A DNA stretch of 64,000 nucleotides from Gammaproteobacteria bacterium (GTDB lineage: Bacteria; Pseudomonadota; Gammaproteobacteria; JBCCGL01), in contig OZ255836.1 of assembly GCA_965277715.1 (NCBI GenBank), positions 1,088,001-1,152,000 of the forward strand, written 5' to 3'. The notes under the pieces were generated by a model, which saw only the letters and a program-made list of their open reading frames with translations, did not search any database and was not told where the DNA came from. How positions within the stretch are numbered: the first letter of the stretch is position 1; each line of letters begins with the position of its first letter. Position numbers and translations under genes: made by a program. Positions 9,681 through 19,346 of this stretch are shown piece after piece.

Positions 9681-10571
9681 CTACTGGCGTTTATCGTAAC
9701 CCAGGCTACGCAGGGCACGCACATCATCGATCCAGTTTTCTTTTACCTTCACCCATAGTTCGAGGTGTACTTTGCATCCAAATAAGTGCTGCATGGCCTT
9801 GCGTGACAAAGTACCAACCTGCTTGAGTTGAGCACCCTTCTTGCCGATTACTATCCCTTTCTGTCCTTCGCGTTCCACCCAGATTATTGCGTTAATGCGG
9901 TACATTTTCTGTTCGATAGTAAACTGTTCAATCTCTACTGTGAGTGCGTAGGGAAGTTCAGCATTGAGTTTCCGGGTTAGCTGTTCGCGAACAATTTCTG
10001 CCGCCAGGAATCGCTCACTGGCATCGGTGAGTTGATCGGCTGAAAAAACAAACGCCCCTTCGGGCAGTTTAGTTGCCAGCAGTTGTTCAAGCTGTGGTAA
10101 TTGATCGCCGCTACGTGCAGAAATTAACACGACCTCTAATAAGTTTGAATGTGATGGCAGTTGTGCCAGGTACGGTAAAAGTCGATTTTTATCATTGAAC
10201 ATATCCACTTTATTAACGGCAATAATAAACGGACGCTGTGCGTTACACACAGAATCAAATGCCAATGCATCTTCGTTATTCCATTCGCCTGCCTGCACAA
10301 CCAATAGAATAACATCAACATCCTGGAGGGCTGCATTTGCCGAACGGTTGAGTACCCGATTGAGCGCATGGTTTTTTTGCAAATGAATACCGGGCGTATC
10401 GACATAGATTAACTGTCGGTCATCGTTGCTATTAATGCCCAAAATAACGTGGCGTGTGGTTTGTGGTTTGTGTGCGGTAATGCTGAGTTTTTGCCCGACC
10501 AAAGCATTCATTAGCGTCGATTTACCGACATTAGGCCGCCCTGCGATGGCTATATACCCACAATGCGTCAT
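9681..10571 (-). CDS. era: GTPase Era
   Basis: GRPNVGKST, PQTTR, DTPG, NKVD, KH domain IVIGKKG. Confidence 0.98.
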   Translation of the reverse strand: MTHCGYIAIAGRPNVGKSTLMNALVGQKLSITAHKPQTTRHVILGINSNDDRQLIYVDTPGIHLQKNHALNRVLNRSANAALQDVDVILLVVQAGEWNNEDALAFDSVCNAQRPFIIAVNKVDMFNDKNRLLPYLAQLPSHSNLLEVVLISARSGDQLPQLEQLLATKLPEGAFVFSADQLTDASERFLAAEIVREQLTRKLNAELPYALTVEIEQFTIEQKMYRINAIIWVEREGQKGIVIGKKGAQLKQVGTLSRKAMQHLFGCKVHLELWVKVKENWIDDVRALRSLGYDKRQ

Positions 10572-11281
10572 GGCTTAACGCGCAGTTTTTCAAGCATTGA
10601 CTCCGCCGCTATTTGCTCGGCGCGACGCCGCCCTGAAGCACGGGCACTCACTGTCTTGTGCAATTGATCGATTTTGCATTCAACCAGAAATTGTTGTTCA
10701 TGCGCCTTGCCCGTTTTTTCTACCACATGGTATTCCGGCACAGGTAATTGACGACTCTGCAAATATTCCTGTAAACGGGTTTTAGGGTCTTTGAGTTGCT
10801 CAACATCGGGAAGGTTCGAGAATCGCCTGGCGTATAAGTGTTGCACGACATCACGGCACCGCTCAAAACCCGCATCGAGATAGATCGCCCCTAAAATAGC
10901 TTCAACTGCATCACCGAGAATCGAGTCGCGCTCGTAGCCACCGCTTTTTAATTCGCCACTACCCAGCTTCAAATGCGCCCCCAACCCTAATTCAGTGGCG
11001 ATTTCAGCCAAGGTCTCTTTGCGCACAAGTGTGGCACGCATACGGCTCAACTCGCCTTCATTAAATGTGGGCTTAAGGTGATAAAGCGCACTGGCAACCA
11101 TAAAATTGAGCACACCATCGCCCAGAAACTCCAGACGCTCATTATTATTTGCACCAACACTGCGGTGTGTTAATGCCTGTCTGATTAGCTGCTCATTGTG
11201 AAAGGTATAACCCAAACGGCGGGCAAGCGAGGCAAGATTCTTACTAATGATTGGAATCCACCATTTTATCGAATCGGGCAA
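10568..11281 (-). CDS. rnc: Ribonuclease III (start uncertain: TTG 11281 or ATT 11248)
   Basis: NERLEFLGD signature, dsRBD DPKTRLQE; rnc-era-recO order. Confidence 0.97.
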   Translation of the reverse strand: MPDSIKWWIPIISKNLASLARRLGYTFHNEQLIRQALTHRSVGANNNERLEFLGDGVLNFMVASALYHLKPTFNEGELSRMRATLVRKETLAEIATELGLGAHLKLGSGELKSGGYERDSILGDAVEAILGAIYLDAGFERCRDVVQHLYARRFSNLPDVEQLKDPKTRLQEYLQSRQLPVPEYHVVEKTGKAHEQQFLVECKIDQLHKTVSARASGRRRAEQIAAESMLEKLRVKP

Positions 11282-11633
11282 CGATATCGAGGTTATATAT
11301 CAACGGCACACGGGTTTCGTAATTGACGCTAAGCATAATGCCATGCTTAGGGTCTCTTATTACTTTTACTGTATCCTGCACTTCAAAATTCCACAGGTTA
11401 TTGGCCTTGAATCGCTTGCCCAATATCATGCGTATTTCGCGTGGGTGCTTTTCCTGTACGCCCTCTTCTTCCTGTATATCTTCAACGATTTTTACAATGG
11501 TGAGGTAGTTGATATACACCGGTACAATTTTGTAGGCAAAAAACAGAAGCGACCCCACTAAAACGAGGATCAGGGTAAATGCAAACAGGGATACACCCCG
11601 TTGTCGGTTTTTTGAGGGGAGAGTATTTTTCAT
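11244..11633 (-). CDS. DUF4845 family membrane protein
   Basis: RQRG then hydrophobic helix, PVY, YETRVPLIYNLD; usual position between lepB and rnc. Confidence 0.85.
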   Translation of the reverse strand: MKNTLPSKNRQRGVSLFAFTLILVLVGSLLFFAYKIVPVYINYLTIVKIVEDIQEEEGVQEKHPREIRMILGKRFKANNLWNFEVQDTVKVIRDPKHGIMLSVNYETRVPLIYNLDIVARFDKMVDSNH

Positions 11634-11679
11634 AGTGCACCCATATTCATTTTGTATAACGGTTTATTAGCTGTAGCTG

Positions 11680-12507
11680 TTATTTTATAGAGCTACCAAG
11701 TCGGTCCCAGTAAAGGTCCAGGTTCATCCAGATGAGTATAGCTTTACCCACGAGGTTTTCTTCTGGTACATAACCCCACGAGCGACTGTCGTTACTGTTG
11801 TCCCGATTATCACCCATGACAAAATAATGCCCCTCCGGTACAGTGAGTTCGCCTCCTGCACCTGTACGATAAGAGTCAATAAGGATGCCATGCTCTACAC
11901 TATCAAATTTCTCTGTCAGTTTTAGCAGCGAATTGTCCGGGGTTTCGTGCCCCGGTGCCAGATAGGGCTGGGGTTCACTCAACGCGACAGGCACACCATT
12001 AATGATTAGTTTTTTGTTGAAGTAAGCAATTTTATCCCCTGGCAAACCAATGATCCGTTTGATGTAATCGAGGTCAGGGTTTTTAGGGTAACGGAACACA
12101 GCGACATCCCCCCGCTCAGGTTCTCCGGTATCGAGTATTTTTGTATTGATAACCGGCAAACGCACACCATAGGAAAACTTATTGACCAGTATAAAATCAC
12201 CCACCAGGAGTGTGGGTAACATAGAACCGGAGGGAATACGAAATGGTTCAAACAAAAACGAGCGCAGAACCAGTACCACCAACAATACGGGAAAAAATGA
12301 ACGTGCGTACTCAACTAAAATGGGTTCGCGGTAGAGTGCCGTTTTTGCTGTAGCAACCTTTTCACCCGCTGCGTCAGGTTGTTGATTATTACCGCCAGAG
12401 CTTGCCATAAGCAGGCGTTTACGGGCAAAGAAAAGGCTATCGAATAACCAAACCCCCCCTGAGAGGCCCGTAATAATAACCAGCAATAATGCAAAATCAA
12501 AATTCAT
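11680..12507 (-). CDS. lepB: Signal peptidase I
   Basis: PSGSMLPTL catalytic Ser, YIKRIIG Lys, GDNRDNSNDSR. Confidence 0.97.
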   Translation of the reverse strand: MNFDFALLLVIITGLSGGVWLFDSLFFARKRLLMASSGGNNQQPDAAGEKVATAKTALYREPILVEYARSFFPVLLVVLVLRSFLFEPFRIPSGSMLPTLLVGDFILVNKFSYGVRLPVINTKILDTGEPERGDVAVFRYPKNPDLDYIKRIIGLPGDKIAYFNKKLIINGVPVALSEPQPYLAPGHETPDNSLLKLTEKFDSVEHGILIDSYRTGAGGELTVPEGHYFVMGDNRDNSNDSRSWGYVPEENLVGKAILIWMNLDLYWDRLGSSIK

Positions 12508-12577
12508 TGTTTACCCTACGCTATATTTTCCCGCATTCACTTATATTTTTATTTCGGTCTACACGTGATACTGGCAA

Positions 12578-14371
12578 TCAATTATCAACTTGTAATACCG
12601 CCAAAAAGGCCTCTTGTGGGATTTCCACCCGACCAATTTGTTTCATGCGTTTTTTGCCTGCTTTTTGTTTTTCGAGTAGTTTTCGCTTGCGTGAAACATC
12701 ACCGCCATAACATTTTGCGGTTACGTTTTTGCGCAATGCCTTAACAGACGAACGGGCAATGATGTGTGAACCAATAGCGGCCTGCACGGCCACTTCAAAC
12801 ATTTGCCTGGGAATGATGTCTTTCATACGCTCGGTCAGGTCTCTACCACGCATCTGGCTTTTATCTTTGTGAATAATAACAGAGAGCGCATCGACACGAT
12901 CACCGTTAATGAGTATATCAACTTTGACCAGGTTTGATACCTGAAAGCGCAGGAACCGGTAGTCGAAGGATGCGTATCCACGGCTACAGGATTTCAGTCG
13001 ATCAAAAAAATCCAACACCACTTCACTCATTGGCAGTTCATATGATAAGGCTACCTGGCGGCCTAAATACTGCATATTTTTTTGTACGCCGCGCTTTTCA
13101 ATGCAGAGCTTGATGACTTCCCCTACAAACTCTTGTGGTACGAGGATGTTGGCTTCAATAATGGGTTCGCGGATTTCAGCGAGTTTATTCACAACGGGCA
13201 ATTCTGCCGGGTTATGAATATGGGTGATGTCCCCGTTGGTTAACGCTAGTTGGTAGACGACTGTAGGCGCTGTGGTTATCAGGTCGAGGTCATATTCGCG
13301 CTCCAGGCGTTCCTGGACAATTTCCATATGCAGCATACCGAGAAAACCACAGCGAAAACCAAAACCAAGCGCTGTGGATGTCTCTGGTTCAAAGTGTAAC
13401 GCAGCATCGTTGAGCCGCAATTTTTGCAGTGCCTCACGAAAACTTTCATAGTCATCAGAACTCACCGGAAACAAGCCTGCGAATACGCGTGGCTGGATTT
13501 CGACAAAGCCTGGCAGTGCTTTATCGGCGGGTTGTGCTGCCAGTGTAATGGTATCGCCCACCCGCGCCGCATCAATTTCTTTAATACCGGCGATAATAAA
13601 ACCGACCTCGCCCACATTGAGTTGTTGCCTGGATTCACGCTTGGGAGTGAACACCCCTACGGTATCAACCTGGAATACCCGGCCAGTCGACATAAATTGA
13701 ATTTTATCGCGTTTCGATAAGCGGCCATTGACAATCCGCACTAGGGTAATGACCCCCACAAAACTATCGAACCAGGAATCGATAATCAACGCCTGTAGGG
13801 GGGCCTGCCTATCACCTCTTGGGGGGGGCACTCTATCGACCAACACCTCTAACAGGTCTTCGATTCCTACCCCTGTTTTTGCGCTGGTGTGTATTGCATC
13901 GCTGGCTTCAATGCCAATAATCTCTTCAATTTCCTCGACAACCCGCAGTGGATCGGCAGCGGGCAGGTCAATCTTATTCAGTACCGGGATAACCTCTAGG
14001 TTCTGTTCGATAGCGGTGTAACAATTGGCAACGCTTTGCGCTTCGACGCCTTGCGAAGCATCGACAACCAACAAGGCACCTTCACACGCTGCCAGTGATC
14101 GCGAGACTTCATAGGAAAAATCGACATGCCCTGGCGTATCGATAAAATTTAGCTGATAAGTAGTACCATTGCGTGCGGTGTAGTCGAGCGATACACTCTG
14201 CGCCTTGATAGTAATTCCGCGTTCGCGTTCGATATCCATCGAATCGAGAACCTGCGCGTTCATCTCGCGCTCAGACAAGCCACCACACACCTGGATAAAC
14301 CGATCAGCGATAGTCGATTTACCATGGTCGATATGCGCGATAATGGAAAAATTTCGGATAGTGTCCTGCAT
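12578..14371 (-). CDS. lepA: Elongation factor 4 (LepA)
   Basis: [33 protein letters not shown]. Confidence 0.99.
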   Translation of the reverse strand: MQDTIRNFSIIAHIDHGKSTIADRFIQVCGGLSEREMNAQVLDSMDIERERGITIKAQSVSLDYTARNGTTYQLNFIDTPGHVDFSYEVSRSLAACEGALLVVDASQGVEAQSVANCYTAIEQNLEVIPVLNKIDLPAADPLRVVEEIEEIIGIEASDAIHTSAKTGVGIEDLLEVLVDRVPPPRGDRQAPLQALIIDSWFDSFVGVITLVRIVNGRLSKRDKIQFMSTGRVFQVDTVGVFTPKRESRQQLNVGEVGFIIAGIKEIDAARVGDTITLAAQPADKALPGFVEIQPRVFAGLFPVSSDDYESFREALQKLRLNDAALHFEPETSTALGFGFRCGFLGMLHMEIVQERLEREYDLDLITTAPTVVYQLALTNGDITHIHNPAELPVVNKLAEIREPIIEANILVPQEFVGEVIKLCIEKRGVQKNMQYLGRQVALSYELPMSEVVLDFFDRLKSCSRGYASFDYRFLRFQVSNLVKVDILINGDRVDALSVIIHKDKSQMRGRDLTERMKDIIPRQMFEVAVQAAIGSHIIARSSVKALRKNVTAKCYGGDVSRKRKLLEKQKAGKKRMKQIGRVEIPQEAFLAVLQVDN

Positions 14372-14616
14372 TAAATCGGTTTACCCAGCGCCTTACACAG
14401 CGCTACTTTATCTAAAAAATAATGGCAGATTTCCTGTTCTCCCAAAGCCAATACTGGAACCAGGGTATTGTAACGCTTCCGCAAAACAGCATCCTGGTCT
14501 ATATCAACAGACACCACAGTAAATTCCAGTTCATCACTGAAAACCTGTAAAACCTCCAGCATATCCTCACACAGGTGACAACCCACCCGGTTGTAAAGTG
14601 TCAGTTGAACAGTCAA
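14371..14616 (-). CDS. Glutaredoxin-like protein (DUF836-type)
   Basis: [12 protein letters not shown] CxxC, VPVL, CHYFLD; probable TTG start at 14616; stop overlaps lepA ATG. Confidence 0.8.
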   Translation of the reverse strand: MTVQLTLYNRVGCHLCEDMLEVLQVFSDELEFTVVSVDIDQDAVLRKRYNTLVPVLALGEQEICHYFLDKVALCKALGKPI

Positions 14617-14844
14617 GGTGAATATCGTCGGTGAGAGGTGATAACTATCGGGTGCGCACATTACCCGTTTACCGCGCTGCACACAATGCATAGATGAGGT
14701 GGTCTTCTCAAAAAGTTAACGTTAAAAAGGGTTTAGGTATGAAAAACAGCCTATTACTTCTGGTTCTAGCGTTCTTTTCTTGCAGTGTTTTAGCGGCTTT
14801 ATTGAAAATTAGAGGCGACAACTAGTCTGACACAGGGGGGGTAG

Positions 14845-14884
14845 GGATATAGGAGATAGAGCAACGCAGGAGCAGTTGCCGGGG
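14845..14884. repeat. Degenerate copy of a short gammaproteobacterial intergenic repeat (REP-like)
   Basis: aggagatagagcaacgcaggagcagttgcc with GCAAC/GTTGC hairpin; recognised from memory, single copy in window. Confidence 0.45.
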
Positions 14885-15007
14885 AGCGGTAGCTTCGCTC
14901 TGTAAAGCGCAAAAAAACACCACAGCACCGCGAGCGAACCCCAAAAAACACTCTATGTCACCAATAGAGTCATCTGAAGCTGGCGAGGCACTAAACAACC
15001 CCTTAAA

Positions 15008-16441
15008 TTACCCCGGTATTTTGATAGCCAGAAAAATAGGCCCCTGCTCCCGCCGCACCAACACCGCCACCGTGCGCCCCGGTTCAATATCCTGAATAAT
15101 GTCTTTTGTATGACCCGGCCCTTCGAGCTGTTCATTATCTATAGAGATAATCACATCACCCAACAACACACCGGCCTGTTGCGCCGGGCCACTTTCGAGC
15201 TTACTGACAACAACACCGCCCTTTGGGATATCCAGGCTTTCCCGCTGCACCGACGTGAGACGGGTAATCGCTACACCCAACTTATCCAGATTGATGGTGC
15301 TGGTATCCCGGGTTTGATCACGCGTTGTGCCTGGCCCTACCGTAACTTGATCGGGCAATTTCCCTATCTCCACATGCAGTGTTTTGCGTTTACCGTCCCG
15401 AACCACTTCAACGCGGGCTTTTTTGTCAACCAGAGACCGGCCAACCAGCGGTGGCAAAGACGACGAGCGCTCCACAATCGAATCATTGAACGCGACAATC
15501 ACATCGCCAACCTGTAAATCGGAGTTCTGCGCAGGGCTATCGGGCAGGATTTGCGTAATCAGTGCGCCGTGTGCCCGATCCATATCAAAGGATTCCGCCA
15601 GGTTGCGGGTCACCTCCTGAATAATCACACCAAGCCAACCGCGTGTCACCCTGCCATCATCTTTCAACTGCGCAACCACATTCATTGCCAACTCAATCGG
15701 TATGGCAAACGACAACCCCATAAACCCACCCGTTCTACTGTAGATCTGTGAGTTAATACCGACCACCTCACCTTCTAAATTGAACAGTGGCCCACCAGAA
15801 TTACCTGGGTTGATCGCCACATCTGTCTGGATAAAAGGGGTGTAGTTTTCGCTGGGCAGTGAACGACCTTTCGCACTGACAATACCGGCGGTTACCGAAT
15901 GGTCAAAACCAAATGGCGAACCAATAGCCAGTACCCACTCCCCCACTTTAAGCTGCTCCGATTCGCCAATTGCCACAACAGGCAAACTGTCGGCATCAAT
16001 TTTTAACAGGGCAATATCGCTACGCTGATCGGTTCCGATCAACTCGGCAACCAGTTGTCGTCGATCGTAAAGGCGGACAATAATTTCATCGGCACCGTCA
16101 ATCACATGATTATTGGTCAGCACATAGCCATCCCTGGAAATAATAAAGCCTGAACCCAGAGAGGCAGCCTGATCCTGGTCAGGAGTGGGCGAGCCACCAC
16201 GCTCGTCAAAAAACTTGCGCAGTAGATCGTCAAAGGGCGTATTTCCCAAATCGGGAATTTCAAAACCGGGGGGGAGTGAGGAACCGGATTTCGCTGCGCG
16301 TGTAGTGCTGATATTGACCACTGCCCGGTGGTTATCCTCAACCAGGTCGATAAAATTGGGCAGTTCGCGAGCCTGTACAGCGGAAATACCCGCAAACAGC
16401 AGTATCCACGTAAAAAACACCCGTAAGGCAGTGACATTCAT
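15008..16441 (-). CDS. mucD: DegP/MucD serine endoprotease
   Basis: Signal peptide, TNNHV, QTDVAINPGNSGG, two PDZ domains; in the rpoE operon. Confidence 0.93.
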   Translation of the reverse strand: MNVTALRVFFTWILLFAGISAVQARELPNFIDLVEDNHRAVVNISTTRAAKSGSSLPPGFEIPDLGNTPFDDLLRKFFDERGGSPTPDQDQAASLGSGFIISRDGYVLTNNHVIDGADEIIVRLYDRRQLVAELIGTDQRSDIALLKIDADSLPVVAIGESEQLKVGEWVLAIGSPFGFDHSVTAGIVSAKGRSLPSENYTPFIQTDVAINPGNSGGPLFNLEGEVVGINSQIYSRTGGFMGLSFAIPIELAMNVVAQLKDDGRVTRGWLGVIIQEVTRNLAESFDMDRAHGALITQILPDSPAQNSDLQVGDVIVAFNDSIVERSSSLPPLVGRSLVDKKARVEVVRDGKRKTLHVEIGKLPDQVTVGPGTTRDQTRDTSTINLDKLGVAITRLTSVQRESLDIPKGGVVVSKLESGPAQQAGVLLGDVIISIDNEQLEGPGHTKDIIQDIEPGRTVAVLVRREQGPIFLAIKIPG

Positions 16442-16480
16442 ACATTGATATCCAAATAGTGTGTGGTGAAAGTTTAGCGG

Positions 16481-16933
16481 TTATTGTTGAGAAGTATTAA
16501 CAGATGTAATAGCAAGCCCTAGTTTTGGTGGTTTTTGCACGCGATGCGCGCAATAAGAAACCGTCATAAACCCCACCAACAAACCGAGCACACCACCCAG
16601 TACAGAGGCAAATTCACCTACCGGCCACCCGGAAAACCCACTATCCAACAACACCGCGCCTAACAACATTGCCAGCAATGGCAGCATATAAACAAAAAGT
16701 GCAGATTTTAGTAAATGCGTTTCCGGGATAGTAATCAATACCCGTTCACCTATTGCTGCATTGACTGTATTTGGCACTTTGATTTTGCGCGGCTCACCCC
16801 CCATCAGTTTAGCGATAACAGAGGTGCCGCAAAACGATTTTGCCGAGCACGATTGGCAGGTATTATGGCGTTGTATCGACACCCACACTGAACCATCATC
16901 CAGTGAAACAACGACACCCTGCTCTCTAATCAT
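16481..16933 (-). CDS. rseC: RseC/MucC family protein
   Basis: CQSCSAKSFCG Cys motif, YMLPL, two TM helices. Confidence 0.9.
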   Translation of the reverse strand: MIREQGVVVSLDDGSVWVSIQRHNTCQSCSAKSFCGTSVIAKLMGGEPRKIKVPNTVNAAIGERVLITIPETHLLKSALFVYMLPLLAMLLGAVLLDSGFSGWPVGEFASVLGGVLGLLVGFMTVSYCAHRVQKPPKLGLAITSVNTSQQ

Positions 16934-16952
16934 CGACAATGCAGCCCGATCA

Positions 16953-17942
16953 CTACTGTGTTGCCGCAAGCTTTACAGCGCGGCCAATTTTTGTAGCAGT
17001 GCCCATCGGCACTTCGCCAACAACCGTTACATGTATTTGGTTTACCGTCCGGCCAAATGCACTCACCGCGCCCATCTGCGATTCACCCAGCAATATGTTA
17101 TTACCATTTTTTAGCGCAGCTGCATTGTTCTGCTCGACATAGACTGAAACGGATGCGAGGCCATCGGAGAGCGTAATATGGTGGGTCAGGTGTTCATTCC
17201 CCACCATTGGTTTTATTTTTTCAGATACCGAATGAAATCCGGCAGGGAGATTTTCAAATTCCCATGCCACTGAAAAATCCTCTTGTGCCTGCGTATCCAT
17301 TTTTTGCTGCCAGGTATAATTTTTCTGGCTTACTGAAGGTATGAATTGCTCTGCTGGCATTTCATCATTCAGGGTTATCTGGGTAAACATCATTTGCTCG
17401 ATGGGGGTACCACTTGCGTCCAACATTTGTGAACGCAGCAATAAATAATTCTCTTTGTCGATCCACAGGCGATGACCGTAGCGCAACGCGTCCTTTGGGG
17501 TAATGACAATAACGATACTGGCGCGATCGGCAACGCGGTCTTCACCCAGCACACTGAACGTGTACCAACTGGCAATATTCTGTAAATCACTATCCAGCCA
17601 CTCGGAAAAAGGCGTTCGCTGTCGGGACTCGCTGACCGTTACAGATTGACTGCCAGGCCAGATACAGATGACATTGGTATTGTCGCGAATAATTTCACGC
17701 GCCTCACCATTGAGCGAAAACAAACTTTCCTTTTCGCCTTTTTCATCGCGCATATGGCGAATTTTTAGCGTTTCCAGCTTATCCCCATACAGGTATACAT
17801 AGGTACCTGTGTAGTTTTCATTTTGCATGGCCTGTGACATATTGCCCAGCCAGTCGACCGCACCTACAGCACCTGCTGTACTGGAGAACGTCAGTGCCAG
17901 CAGTATGCTGGCAAAATACGCGATGTTACTCCGTGGCGTCAT
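16953..17942 (-). CDS. rseB: Sigma-E regulatory periplasmic protein RseB/MucB
   Basis: LNGEAREIIR, RYGHRLWID, SDGLASVSVYVE, VVGEVP. Confidence 0.93.
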   Translation of the reverse strand: MTPRSNIAYFASILLALTFSSTAGAVGAVDWLGNMSQAMQNENYTGTYVYLYGDKLETLKIRHMRDEKGEKESLFSLNGEAREIIRDNTNVICIWPGSQSVTVSESRQRTPFSEWLDSDLQNIASWYTFSVLGEDRVADRASIVIVITPKDALRYGHRLWIDKENYLLLRSQMLDASGTPIEQMMFTQITLNDEMPAEQFIPSVSQKNYTWQQKMDTQAQEDFSVAWEFENLPAGFHSVSEKIKPMVGNEHLTHHITLSDGLASVSVYVEQNNAAALKNGNNILLGESQMGAVSAFGRTVNQIHVTVVGEVPMGTATKIGRAVKLAATQ

Positions 17943-18564
17943 AACCAACCAATCGTGAATAGGGCAACATACCCTGCACTTTGCTGGAATTTGCGTATTC
18001 CATATGGTCTGCCAGATACCTGTTTAGGCGTTCTTCCAGCGCGGCATCACGTTGTTGGTCAACGCGTTGCACATGCCAATGCGTGCCACTGGAATCCAGC
18101 GACACTCTACGCACATCAATGCCCGGTAGAACAATTTGTGTTGTAGGGGTTTGCGCACCAGCGTTTGTATTGCTGGCAACTGCCGGTATTGAAGGAGAGG
18201 AGGTAGTGGGCAAGCGGTTCAACCCAAACACCGAAACGGCAGCCACTGTAGCGGCGATGGCAAAACCCAGTGCTGGCCTTTGCCAGCGTGTTTCGCGCTC
18301 AGACCGCCGCCGTTTGCCGACCGTATTGGCAACCTGAGGTGCAAGAATAGTGGGTTCTTTATCCAGCGCAGCACTGACCCGGCCAGAGAAACCATCATCC
18401 AGGGTTCCGGTGTAACTACGCTGCATAATAGCGCGTGTACGGTGGTACTCACCCCAGCGGGCGCTCAACGCGGCATCAGTACCCACTCGTTTTAGCAGGC
18501 CTGTAGCATCTTCATATTCACCGTCGACCAACGCGGACAGTGTTTCATATTTGTCTTCGTTCAC
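17926..18564 (-). CDS. rseA: Anti-sigma-E factor RseA/MucA
   Basis: ETLSALVDGE, TM helix AIAATVAAV, LNRYLADH; GTG start at 18564 preferred over ATG at 18588. Confidence 0.9.
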   Translation of the reverse strand: MNEDKYETLSALVDGEYEDATGLLKRVGTDAALSARWGEYHRTRAIMQRSYTGTLDDGFSGRVSAALDKEPTILAPQVANTVGKRRRSERETRWQRPALGFAIAATVAAVSVFGLNRLPTTSSPSIPAVASNTNAGAQTPTTQIVLPGIDVRRVSLDSSGTHWHVQRVDQQRDAALEERLNRYLADHMEYANSSKVQGMLPYSRLVGYDATE

Positions 18565-19159
18565 ACTCTTGACTCTCATCAGTTTCATTCAATAATGGGT
18601 ACAGGTTGGTATTAATCGCTTCACGTGCACGAAAAATACGCGATCGCACTGTACCTATCGGGCAACCCATAATTCCAGCGATTTCCTCATAGGAAACCCC
18701 CTCGAATTCCCGCAGTGTAATCGCTGTTTTCAACTCATCAGGCAGGTGTTCAATAGTGGTTCGAACAACCTCCTGTATCTCATTGGTTAACAATTCGCGT
18801 TCAGGGCTCGCCTGCTCATGCAGCGCCTGCGCGCCCTCGTACTGCTCCGCCTCCTGTGCATCAATCGTATAACTGGCGCTACGTCGGCCTTGGGACACCA
18901 GGTGATTTTTTGCCGTGTTAATCGCAATACGGTATAACCAGGTATAAAACGCACTGTCACCACGAAAATTTGCCAACCCCCGGTAGGCTTTTATAAAAGC
19001 CTCCTGGGACACATCTTGAATTTCGTCAGCATCACGTATATAACGGGATACGAGTTGAGCAATTTTTTGCTGGTATTTCAGCACCAGCAAATCAAATGCC
19101 GCTTTATCGCCCTTTTGGACGTTGCGCACCAACTCCAGGTCGATACTACCCTCACTCAT
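18545..19159 (-). CDS. rpoE: RNA polymerase sigma factor RpoE/AlgU
   Basis: AFDLLVLKYQ, FYTWLYRIAINTAKN, CPIGTVRSRIFRAR. Confidence 0.98.
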   Translation of the reverse strand: MSEGSIDLELVRNVQKGDKAAFDLLVLKYQQKIAQLVSRYIRDADEIQDVSQEAFIKAYRGLANFRGDSAFYTWLYRIAINTAKNHLVSQGRRSASYTIDAQEAEQYEGAQALHEQASPERELLTNEIQEVVRTTIEHLPDELKTAITLREFEGVSYEEIAGIMGCPIGTVRSRIFRAREAINTNLYPLLNETDESQECERRQI

Positions 19160-19204
19160 AAAAAATGCTCCAGGGATAATTTCGACCTATATATAGTTGG
19201 CGGC

Positions 19205-19231
19205 ATAGACAATGAGATAACGACATAGTTC
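19205..19231 (-). promoter_or_regulatory. Sigma-E-dependent autoregulatory promoter of rpoE
   Basis: Minus strand GAACTA-N16-TCTAT versus the AlgU/RpoE consensus GAACTT-N16-TCTRA. Confidence 0.7.
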
Positions 19232-19346
19232 ATAAGGGCCACATTGTACGTCGAATAACTCAGATAACTCCAGTACACAGGCTTCATTGAAAACCAACTG
19301 ACAGTGTCTGTGTCAAAACAGACACTTATTTAGTAGCATTCCACGT

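Noticed and set aside
16445-16476. Possible sigma-E promoter for mucD (AAACTT...TCAAT on the minus strand)
   Set aside because: Spacing is about 21 nt rather than 16-17
18545-18588. RpoE C-terminal tail overlapping rseA
   Set aside because: With the GTG start at 18564 the overlap is only 20 nt; stop-codon drift explains it
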